Source: Bacteroidales bacterium (GTDB lineage: Bacteria; Bacteroidota; Bacteroidia; Bacteroidales; PUMT01). From it: 64,000 nucleotides of DNA. The notes below the pieces were generated by a model. That model saw nothing but the letters and a program-made list of their open reading frames with translations, had not been told where the DNA came from and did no database searches. Location: positions 465 to 64,464 of the forward strand of contig SLJO01000170.1 in the NCBI GenBank assembly GCA_007135095.1, in the 5' to 3' direction. Shown here one piece after another: positions 47,607 to 55,833 of this stretch (the stretch's first letter is position 1; every line of letters starts with the position of its first letter). The position numbers and the translations under genes were made by a program.

Positions 47607-49460
47607 ATGGAAATGTTCAATAAATACTTTGTAAGGATGAACACAAAAACCATCATAAAATTTGCCCTTGTTGCCGTTTTGTGTGCCGGCACTGTCTCAG
47701 AAATCTATTCCCGCGATAGCATTTACATGCAGGCCATGCAGGAAGAGGTGCAGCGGGGAATGGAGGGCCTGATACTTGACCGTATGCTGCCCCCCGGATT
47801 TATCAGCTATCATGTTGTCGATGCCGGCACCTTGCAGATATCTGCAGTGCTTGGCGGTATTGTAAGCTCTCGGGAGCGCAGGATAATCAAGTTCGACAAC
47901 CGTACCATGATTCTCAAAGATGGCATATCCAGTGAGAATTTTATTGACCTCGATAACCTCGGCACATGGAGCAGGTACGAAAACAACATACCCCTCACGG
48001 CCAGCAAGGATGATGTAAGGCGGGCATTCTGGCTGGTAACCGACGATAACTACAAAAAGGCATTAAACACCTACGAATCAAAAATTTCAGCCCTGAGGCA
48101 GCAAAGCCTGAGCCAGGAAGAAAGAGAACTGCCTGATTTTCTGCCTGCCGAAAGCCAGGAGGTCGTTATACCCTACCAGGCCATGAGCATTGATAAAGAT
48201 CAGCTGGAGAACCTGGCACGAAGCATATCTGCCGTTTTCGACGGTTTCGGAAATATTATCTCATCCCGGGTAAATATTTATGTTTATGACGGAGAGGTAT
48301 TCCATTACAACAGTGAAGGTACCAAATCCCGCTATCCATTCCAGGTTGCAGCTGTGCTGACTGCTGCTTCAACACAGACACCATCGGGCGAGGTTATCTT
48401 TGAGCACTCCCTTCATTTTGCTAATAATGTTTCTGAAATACCTGCCAGGGAAGTCCTTATATCCGAAGCCCTGGCGGTAGCCGCGTACCTTGATAATTTA
48501 GCCGGCATCATCCCCGTAACAGAACCTTACTTTGGTCCGGTCTTGCTGGAAGGTCAGGCAGCTGCTGAAATATTTGCCCGGGTATTGTTCGGTGATGTTG
48601 ATGGATTGATTGCTGTAAGAAAGCCTGTTATTGGTGACGAACAGATGATTCGATACGCATCTGACTGGATAAAGGAAAACAGCCTGGAGGCAAGGATGGG
48701 ACGAAGGATAATGTCAGGAAATATCAGCATTGACGCTTTGCCGGGACTTGAATCATACCGTGGTGAAAATCTTATTGGTAGTTTCATGGTCGATGCTGAA
48801 GGTATTCCCTCACTGGAAAAGCTTAACCTTGTCGAAAACGGTGTTCTTAACAACCTGCTTAGCACCAGGGTTCCTACATTAAGGGTGCAGGAATCAAATG
48901 CACACGCCCGTCTCGCAATTAACAACGCCTCTGTGACCACTGTTACAGCTCCCGGGGTTATTGAAATGTCCGTTGATCAGGATGCCTCTTATGATGAGCG
49001 GGAATTAAAAGAAATGCTCATTAGCTTAGCCATCCGCGAAGGGCTTGACTATGCTTATATTGTTCGCAAGGTATTTTCACCGGTGGCGGCGTTATCGCTG
49101 GATAACGATTTGATTGTCTCGGGTCAGGTCCGTCAAAAAAATGACCTTTCAAAAGCCATACAGGCCTACAGGGTTTATGTTGAAGATGGCCGCGAGGAAC
49201 CAGTCAGCCTGGCCGCGATCAAAGGTGTTAACATTAGATCGTTCAGGCGGATACTTGGCGCTTCCCATGACATGCAGGTATACAATACCATGTTCACACC
49301 GGTGAATACGCCCCTTTACGGCAGTATCTTTGAACTCACCGGCACGCCGGTTTCCTATATTGTTCCGCAGGCCCTGCTTTTTGAAGAACTTGACCTGGTT
49401 CGTGAAACCCAGCAGTTTGTAAGAAACACCCCGGTGGTGGAAAACCCTTTGAAACGGTAG
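47607..49460 (+). CDS. Secreted TldE/PmbA-like protein (TldD/PmbA family, no HExxxH)
   Basis: It has a signal peptide and a family-like layout, and it starts 2 nt after the TldD-like stop. The position equivalent to HExxxH reads AAEIFARVLFG, with no His. Confidence 0.7.
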   Translation: MEMFNKYFVRMNTKTIIKFALVAVLCAGTVSEIYSRDSIYMQAMQEEVQRGMEGLILDRMLPPGFISYHVVDAGTLQISAVLGGIVSSRERRIIKFDNRTMILKDGISSENFIDLDNLGTWSRYENNIPLTASKDDVRRAFWLVTDDNYKKALNTYESKISALRQQSLSQEERELPDFLPAESQEVVIPYQAMSIDKDQLENLARSISAVFDGFGNIISSRVNIYVYDGEVFHYNSEGTKSRYPFQVAAVLTAASTQTPSGEVIFEHSLHFANNVSEIPAREVLISEALAVAAYLDNLAGIIPVTEPYFGPVLLEGQAAAEIFARVLFGDVDGLIAVRKPVIGDEQMIRYASDWIKENSLEARMGRRIMSGNISIDALPGLESYRGENLIGSFMVDAEGIPSLEKLNLVENGVLNNLLSTRVPTLRVQESNAHARLAINNASVTTVTAPGVIEMSVDQDASYDERELKEMLISLAIREGLDYAYIVRKVFSPVAALSLDNDLIVSGQVRQKNDLSKAIQAYRVYVEDGREEPVSLAAIKGVNIRSFRRILGASHDMQVYNTMFTPVNTPLYGSIFELTGTPVSYIVPQALLFEELDLVRETQQFVRNTPVVENPLKR

Positions 49461-49467
49461 AGTATCT

Positions 49468-49533
49468 CACAGATCAACCGGCACCTGGAGGGGTGTTTTT
49501 CACAGATCATCTGACACCTGGCCGGGTGTTTGT
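49468..49533 (+). repeat. Tandem 33-nt imperfect direct repeat (2 copies), each able to form a small CACCT/GGGTG hairpin followed by a T-run
   Basis: Copy 1 is 49468-49500 and copy 2 is 49501-49533, with 27/33 identical positions by hand alignment. Copy 1 looks like the intrinsic terminator of the upstream gene. Copy 2 encodes the last 8 codons and the stop of the minus-strand ORF that ends at 49507. Confidence 0.7.
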
Positions 49534-50217
49534 CTCCTGCAGATGAACAGCGATCTTGTAATTCATGTGGCTAATGCGGTCATGCATCAATGCTGTGGTC
49601 CTGACCAGGTCGCTCCACTGATCATCGCTGCACTCATTGATATATTCCACAAACTGGCTCCATTCCTCACCGGAAATGCGGCCGGCATAATCCGGCGGCC
49701 TGCATTTACCTTCCTCCTTTTGGGCTGCATATCCGGCCCATTGGTCCATAAGCTCATACAGCATGCTGGTGAAGAACTGCATTTTTTGCATTGCAGAATG
49801 CAGGTGCTGTTCCTCAAAACCTGTATGCCAAACCAGCTCCCGGAATTCATCCCTGGTAACTGGTGTGATATTGATTTCCCGGGGTTCAGGCAAAGTTTCT
49901 GCAGACGGGTATACAGTCCTGTCTCCGATATACTGCCCGATGTCGATTCCACGATCCCTGCTTTCATTGTCATAGACAATTGAATTGTACATGATATGGT
50001 GCACCCGGTCATGCATGATCTCGGTTATCTGCACGAAATCCCGCCATGAAGAACCTGTAATGGCCTCTTCTATGTTTTTCCGGTACTCACTCCATTCACC
50101 TCCCGAGATGCGCAGGCTAAAATCAGGAACTCTGTCACCGCCATCTCTCTCAAGTGCATCATGTCTAAAATGGATCCCCCTGGTTTGTTCATGCCTTTTT
50201 GTGTCACTCAGTGACAT
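49507..50217 (-). CDS. Hypothetical protein with an internal ~50-aa duplication (RISGxEWS...W.D.V..T..MHDR..H..Y)
   Basis: The 236-aa ORF carries two clearly related segments, RISGGEWSEYRKNIEE...MHDRVHHIMYN and RISGEEWSQFVEYINE...MHDRISHMNYK. I recognise no family. Confidence 0.6.
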   Translation of the reverse strand: MSLSDTKRHEQTRGIHFRHDALERDGGDRVPDFSLRISGGEWSEYRKNIEEAITGSSWRDFVQITEIMHDRVHHIMYNSIVYDNESRDRGIDIGQYIGDRTVYPSAETLPEPREINITPVTRDEFRELVWHTGFEEQHLHSAMQKMQFFTSMLYELMDQWAGYAAQKEEGKCRPPDYAGRISGEEWSQFVEYINECSDDQWSDLVRTTALMHDRISHMNYKIAVHLQETNTRPGVR

Positions 50218-50350
50218 GGGGATTCATTCGAATAAATTGTGTTTTGATGCTGCCTGATGCCCGTTCTAAAAGCACCAGTGTTTAAACAACTGCAAATCTG
50301 TATTGTTCAGGTGCGCATCATTAACCCTTGAAAGTGCAGGAGAATAAAAA

Positions 50351-50983
50351 TTAATTTGAAAAAACGATCAGGTTATTTTTGATTTTTACATTGGGAAAAC
50401 CAAAATTATCCGAAATAAAACCCAGTGTGTCTTTTTGGTAAAAAAACACATGTGTTTGATCGTTTTTGTATTGCCAGGTTTTAAAATCTGTTTTTTCATT
50501 ATAAATACTTGTCATGCAATACAATTTACCATTTTCATCAAGCATTTTTCTCAGCAGTCGAAATTCCCTGGCTGGCTTATGAAAATGTTCAATGACTTCA
50601 CAACAAACAATATAATCATACTTTAATTCAAGCAAGTGGGGAAAATTGTAAAAAAACGGATCGTATTGCATTATTCGGTAATTCCTGTCGGCTAATATTT
50701 TGGAGATGACCGGGCCGGGACCCGCACCAAAATCCAGTCCGATATGCAAAGGCCCAAAATCTGTAAAAATTTCGTTTACAATAGGATCCACAAATTTTTG
50801 ATAGCCTTTGTCTTCCACATCGTTGTTGTGTTCCTTATATCTTTTTATTTCAGACGATTTATCCGGCAAATATAGACTATGTACAAAAATGGCTTTGCAG
50901 CCATTACATTTTAAAAACAGCCTTTTTTTATCTTTAAAATATTCTTCAGACTCATTATTGCACAGGGAGCATAAAGTGTTCAT
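50351..50983 (-). CDS. Class I SAM-dependent methyltransferase with an N-terminal CxxC...CxxC zinc ribbon
   Basis: It has CSLCNN...CNGCKA and SAM motif I (GLDFGAGPGPV). Its ATG at 50983 overlaps the upstream stop as TAATG. Confidence 0.8.
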   Translation of the reverse strand: MNTLCSLCNNESEEYFKDKKRLFLKCNGCKAIFVHSLYLPDKSSEIKRYKEHNNDVEDKGYQKFVDPIVNEIFTDFGPLHIGLDFGAGPGPVISKILADRNYRIMQYDPFFYNFPHLLELKYDYIVCCEVIEHFHKPAREFRLLRKMLDENGKLYCMTSIYNEKTDFKTWQYKNDQTHVFFYQKDTLGFISDNFGFPNVKIKNNLIVFSN

Positions 50984-51306
50984 TATTTTGCACAATTTAC
51001 ACAGTGTAAACTTTGGGGTCTTAAAAGTATCCTGCCGGCAGGTATTTGTGTTTTACATTTAATGCAACGTCCGAATTCGGGAGTGCCATACATTGACAAC
51101 ACCCTCTTTAAGCTTTGCAGTTTAAGTTTAGCTTGTCGTAATGATGCTTCGGTAACGCTTCTGTTGTTAATCGCATCCATCCTGGAAATTCGACCAATTG
51201 CAACATCCGGTGCAACTGGTTTGGTCATATCCTTATACTCTTCAATTAGTTTCTCTGTTTTCGGGATCTCATCCAATATCTTTTGTTTAATATCATCGTT
51301 TTCCAT
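50983..51306 (-). CDS. TraR/DksA-family C4 zinc-finger protein
   Basis: It has RISRMDAINN and the C-terminal CIKCKTQIPAGRILLRPQSLHCVNC (C4 finger). The start is placed at the ATG encoding MENDD. In-frame alternatives extend to 51372. Confidence 0.8.
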   Translation of the reverse strand: MENDDIKQKILDEIPKTEKLIEEYKDMTKPVAPDVAIGRISRMDAINNRSVTEASLRQAKLKLQSLKRVLSMYGTPEFGRCIKCKTQIPAGRILLRPQSLHCVNCAK

Positions 51307-51556
51307 ATTGTAAAAGTACAAATTCATGGACAAGATTTTTTTTCTTAAATAATCACTGATACTGATATCCACAATTCAATGTCTTAAATTATTTGCCTAA
51401 AGGACGGATAATATATATCTTGTCAGAAGGGGCTTTCCTGAAAGATTCATCAGGCCCCCGGAGCAGGCTGTTTTTGATTGACCGGGCGACATTTGAGCTA
51501 TCAGGAGGCTCTTTTTCCTTAAGATACAAAATGATCAAAAATTGCCGGATTTGAAG

Positions 51557-51564
51557 TATTTTTG
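51557..51564 (+). promoter_or_regulatory. Bacteroidota-type -7 box (TATTTTTG) upstream of the DUF2254-like gene
   Basis: It matches TAnnTTTG and lies 37 nt upstream of the ATG at 51601. It overlaps the alternative TTG start at 51562, which argues for the ATG. Confidence 0.35.
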
Positions 51565-51600
51565 TTATATATCACAAACCCCCGGATAAAGATTGAAGCT

Positions 51601-52899
51601 ATGACAAGATTACGTTATATTTGGGAAGAATTGAACGCAAGTTTCTGGTTTATTCCAACGCTAATTCTTGTATTTTCCATTGTTGCTGCATCCGCTTTTG
51701 TTTACACAGACCATCTGATTGATTATTCTCCTTCCGGTTTTCTGGAACATCTCTTTTCCGGAAGCGTTGATTCGGCCCGCAGGATACTTACAGTCATAGC
51801 CGGTGCAATGATAGGTGTTGCCGGCACAGTTTTTTCGATTACCCTTGTTGTTTTAACACTGGCTTCTTCACAGCTTGGGGCAAGAATGCTGAGAAACTTC
51901 ATGTATGACAGGCTCAATCAATTTGTTCTGGGCACTTATGTATCCACCTTTGTTTATTGCCTGATGGTGCTTAGCTCAATCAGTCAGGATGACGACTCCT
52001 ATTTTGTGCCGGTTATTTCCGTCTTCGTTGCAATAATTCTGGCCATTGCAGGGATAATGCTCCTGATTGTTTTTATTCATCACATATCCGTCAGTATTCA
52101 TGCAAACAAGGTTATTTCAGACATATCCGATTCATTACTTAAAAACATCGACAAACTTTTTCCTGATGAGCTGGGATATGGAAATACAAGGCCTGTGCCT
52201 GATGTCGGTGCCATAAAAAAGAAAAGCAACCGGGCGATAATAAAATGTCTCAGAAGCGGATACCTGCAATCGGTTGACAGTGACAACCTGATGGAGCTTT
52301 CCAGAAAGGAGGATCTTGTAATTTTCCTCAATTTCAAGCCGGGAGGTTATGTTGTAAAAGACCAGATAATTTCTGAAGTATTTTCCGACGGGGAAATCAA
52401 AGAGGGAATATCTGAAAAAATTAACAAGTCCTTTATTATAGGGAAAATACGTACCCCGATTCAGGACGCAGAATTCTCAATCCAGCAGATGGCGGAAATT
52501 GCCTGCCGGGCTTTATCACCGGGAATAAATGATCCTTTTACTGCAATCAGTTGCATAGATAGCCTGACAGCCGTTATGTGCCGGATGACAAGTGTCAGTT
52601 TTCCCTCCCCCTATCGTTATGATGATGACGACAAACTCAGGATAATTGCCAATTCTCCTTCTTACGGAGAAATGCTGGATGCCGCTTTTAATCAGATCAG
52701 AAATTATGCCGAAGGCAGCCCTGCTGTAATTATCAGGTTGATGGATTCGATTGTTACCATCAATAAATTTGTAAATGTTGATGAACAAAAAAAAGAGTTA
52801 CTTATCCATGCAGAAATCACTATGAATTCGGCTGAAAATACCTTTAAGGAGCATCGGGACCTGAATGCTCTTAAAGACAGATTTTTAACCCTGAGGTAA
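51601..52899 (+). CDS. DUF2254-like integral membrane protein
   Basis: The N-terminus reads LRYIWEELNASFWFIP and there are four N-terminal TM segments, followed by a soluble C-terminal domain. This layout matches the DUF2254 family as I remember it. Confidence 0.65.
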   Translation: MTRLRYIWEELNASFWFIPTLILVFSIVAASAFVYTDHLIDYSPSGFLEHLFSGSVDSARRILTVIAGAMIGVAGTVFSITLVVLTLASSQLGARMLRNFMYDRLNQFVLGTYVSTFVYCLMVLSSISQDDDSYFVPVISVFVAIILAIAGIMLLIVFIHHISVSIHANKVISDISDSLLKNIDKLFPDELGYGNTRPVPDVGAIKKKSNRAIIKCLRSGYLQSVDSDNLMELSRKEDLVIFLNFKPGGYVVKDQIISEVFSDGEIKEGISEKINKSFIIGKIRTPIQDAEFSIQQMAEIACRALSPGINDPFTAISCIDSLTAVMCRMTSVSFPSPYRYDDDDKLRIIANSPSYGEMLDAAFNQIRNYAEGSPAVIIRLMDSIVTINKFVNVDEQKKELLIHAEITMNSAENTFKEHRDLNALKDRFLTLR

Positions 52900-53187
52900 T
52901 ATGCAATATTGCCCTTCAACTCACTCAGAATCAGACAGCCCTGTATCCCCCACCAGTTTATCGCTATCCAGCTTTTATCACCAACCGGATATGGCCTCTG
53001 CCATATAATTTACCTGTGCAGGTCTTCAGTATTCCCGGCTTTGACCGTGGGGAATGTTTTTTTTAATATATTTAGTGATTCAATTTCGGGTATTAACTTA
53101 TGAACCTATTGATATTCCAAAGTCTGCTCATTCCTCAGCAATGTAAATTAAGATTAGCAAAGAGAGTTTTAATAATGACGAAAAATT

Positions 53188-54609
53188 ATGAAATCATTTA
53201 ATTCAGGCATCATCGCCATGACCGGGTTACTTTCCATAGGATTTGCCAGCCAGAGATGCGCTGTAGAAAATAAAGATTCAAATCCCAAAATGCCTAATTT
53301 CATTATTATTTTTACTGATGATTTAGGATATGGCGATCTGGGAGTATTCGGGCATCCTACCATTAAAACCCCCAACCTCGACAGGATGGCCTATGAAGGT
53401 CAGAAATGGACGCAGTTTTATGTGGGGAAATCAGTGTGTACACCTTCACGAGCTGCATTATTAACAGGCAGGTTGCCCATCAGGTCAGGAATGACCAGTG
53501 ATACCCGAAGGGTTCTTTTCCCTGATTCCAATGGCGGTCTGCCTCCTGAAGAAATAACTATTGCTGCAGCATTAAAAACCATGGATTACCGGACTGCGGC
53601 AATAGGGAAATGGCACCTGGGTCACAAGTCCCCGTTCCTGCCAACTGATCATGGCTTTGACTATTATTATGGAATTCCCTATTCCAATGATATGGACCGG
53701 GTGGCAGAATTGCCTGGCGATTGGATAACCTCACAGATTGCCTTTGCAGAAGAAGAATTTTGGGAAGCTTATAATGTTCCCCTTATGCGTAATGATGAGA
53801 TTGTTGAAAGGCCCGCTGATCAAAGAACTATAACCAAACGCTTTACTGAAGAGACAGTTGCAAAGATCAAGGAATATAAAGATGAGCCATTTTTTATTTA
53901 TTTGGCACATTCTATGCCACATATCCCGCTTTTCAGGTCAGAGGAGTTTAAGGACGCTTCACTGGCGGGAATATACGGCGATGTGATTGAGGAGATAGAC
54001 TGGTCAGTCGGACGGATCATTGAAACTCTTAAAGAGGAAGGATTAGACGGGAATACCCTGGTAATTTTTACTTCTGATAATGGTCACTGGCATATCTTTG
54101 AAACCCATGGGGGGTTTGGCGGACTGTTAAGGGGAGCAAAAGGCGGCACCTTCGAAGGAGGAATGCGGGTTCCAACCATCTTCTGGTGGCCTGGACAGAT
54201 TGAGCCGGGAATTAGAATGGAACTTGGAACCACGATGGATCTTTTCCCGACTTTCTGCAAGCTTGCTGATATAAAACTTCCGGGAGACAGGCTATATGAT
54301 GGTTATGATATTTCACCTGTAATGTTTCAAACAGGAGCGGGTCAGCGCGAGGATGTCTTTTATTATCGTGGCACAAAAGTCTTTGCTATCCGTCATAACA
54401 GCTATAAGGCTCATTTCCTGACAAGGGATGAATACGGCGACCCGACTGTAACAACCCATGATCCGCCTCTTTTATATAACCTTGATATTGACCCTTCTGA
54501 GAAGTACAACATTGCCGGAAAGCATCCGGAAATAATCGCTGAAATAAGGAAGGTCCTGGAAGACCATAAATCAACTATTATTCCCGTTGAGAATCAGCTT
54601 GAAAAGTGA
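53188..54609 (+). CDS. Sulfatase (arylsulfatase A / N-acetylgalactosamine-6-sulfatase-like)
   Basis: It has TDDLGYGDLG, the CxPxR motif SVCTPSRAALLTGR, GKWHLG, an N-terminal signal and a possible lipobox. Confidence 0.88.
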   Translation: MKSFNSGIIAMTGLLSIGFASQRCAVENKDSNPKMPNFIIIFTDDLGYGDLGVFGHPTIKTPNLDRMAYEGQKWTQFYVGKSVCTPSRAALLTGRLPIRSGMTSDTRRVLFPDSNGGLPPEEITIAAALKTMDYRTAAIGKWHLGHKSPFLPTDHGFDYYYGIPYSNDMDRVAELPGDWITSQIAFAEEEFWEAYNVPLMRNDEIVERPADQRTITKRFTEETVAKIKEYKDEPFFIYLAHSMPHIPLFRSEEFKDASLAGIYGDVIEEIDWSVGRIIETLKEEGLDGNTLVIFTSDNGHWHIFETHGGFGGLLRGAKGGTFEGGMRVPTIFWWPGQIEPGIRMELGTTMDLFPTFCKLADIKLPGDRLYDGYDISPVMFQTGAGQREDVFYYRGTKVFAIRHNSYKAHFLTRDEYGDPTVTTHDPPLLYNLDIDPSEKYNIAGKHPEIIAEIRKVLEDHKSTIIPVENQLEK

Positions 54610-54881
54610 AATAACCGGAATATCTCATATTTGCCTTATCATGCTCAATGACACCGATCGGTTCCAGCATCCGTGAAGGCTGATCCAGATATAGTATGGA
54701 ATTGATCAGGATATTGCAAATCATCCAGGTTAAAAAGGGAATCTGGTTGCGATAAATCGGCTCTCCTCATCATTAAGACCGTTGTTGGATGCTGATTATT
54801 CAGCATGTAAACGAAAATTTGAATTTCTGCTTTTAAAAATATTATGTAAATTTATATCTGTCAGGTAACTATAATCAAAAT

Positions 54882-55694
54882 ATGAGATTGATTATGATAA
54901 ATGAAGATTTGCAAAATAGTTTCGAGATAAATTATGAACTGAGACATTTCGAAATGAATAAGTTCGGAGAAGCCTCACCTGCCATTATGCTTGCGTTACT
55001 CGAGGAGGCAGCCGCAGAACATTGCTATTCAATAGATTATGGCCTGTATGACCTTGTTAAAGAGAATATAGGCTGGGTACTGCTCTCCGGTGTAATGAAA
55101 ATGGAACGGTATCCCCATTACAAGGAAAAGATACTCATCCGGACCTGGCTGTCTAATTTTTCAACTGTAAGGGGTTTCCGGGAAAATATTATTTATGATG
55201 AAAGAGATAATATCATCGGACGGGCTAAAGGGCTATGGATGTTTTTTGATATTAAACGCCGGCGGCCAGTTCCCGTTTTTGATGATATTGTCAAAAAATG
55301 GTCCTTTATTGATGAAGAGGCCATAGAACATAATATTGCAAAAAAAATCGATCCGGTTCAGACGGGTGATTATAAAAAAGAATTCAAGGTCAGGCAGTCA
55401 GAAATCGACATGTATCTTCATGTGAATAACATAAAATACCTCCAATGGCTGCTTGACTCAATTCCCGATGAGGTTATTGAGAACAATTTCCTGCATTTTA
55501 TTGACGGGCGCTTTATATCGGAAATTCAGTATGGCGATGAGGTTGTTATGCTTTCTCAGAAGGACAGCACAGATGAAAATTCATTTTGCCATACAATAAA
55601 AATAAAAGATACAGGCCGCGTTTGTGCCTGCGCAACGACCAGATGGAAGCCAAGAATCTTCTTGCCCGGGTCAGGTTCCGGTGCATTGGCATGA
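54882..55694 (+). CDS. Acyl-ACP thioesterase (double hotdog)
   Basis: It is ~270 aa long with IGWVLLSGVMKMERYPHYKEKILIRTWLS and a second half beginning VRQSEIDMYLHVNNIKYLQW, as in FatA/B-like bacterial thioesterases. Confidence 0.75.
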   Translation: MRLIMINEDLQNSFEINYELRHFEMNKFGEASPAIMLALLEEAAAEHCYSIDYGLYDLVKENIGWVLLSGVMKMERYPHYKEKILIRTWLSNFSTVRGFRENIIYDERDNIIGRAKGLWMFFDIKRRRPVPVFDDIVKKWSFIDEEAIEHNIAKKIDPVQTGDYKKEFKVRQSEIDMYLHVNNIKYLQWLLDSIPDEVIENNFLHFIDGRFISEIQYGDEVVMLSQKDSTDENSFCHTIKIKDTGRVCACATTRWKPRIFLPGSGSGALA

Positions 55695-55833
55695 TTCTAC
55701 AAAGAACATTCAACCGCCCATAATGTATGGCAAGTCCTTTAAAGAACCCGCCCGGGTGCACATAGTGATAATGAACCCTTTGCTCACCCTTTTATGCCGG
55801 TGCGTAAAAAAGCAACCCGGAAGGCCTTTAAAC

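Noticed and set aside
49543-50012. Two alternative ORFs (146 aa on the plus strand, 141 aa on the minus strand) overlap the 236-aa repeat protein.
   Set aside because: Only the 236-aa frame shows an internal protein-level duplication, which is hard to obtain in a non-coding frame.
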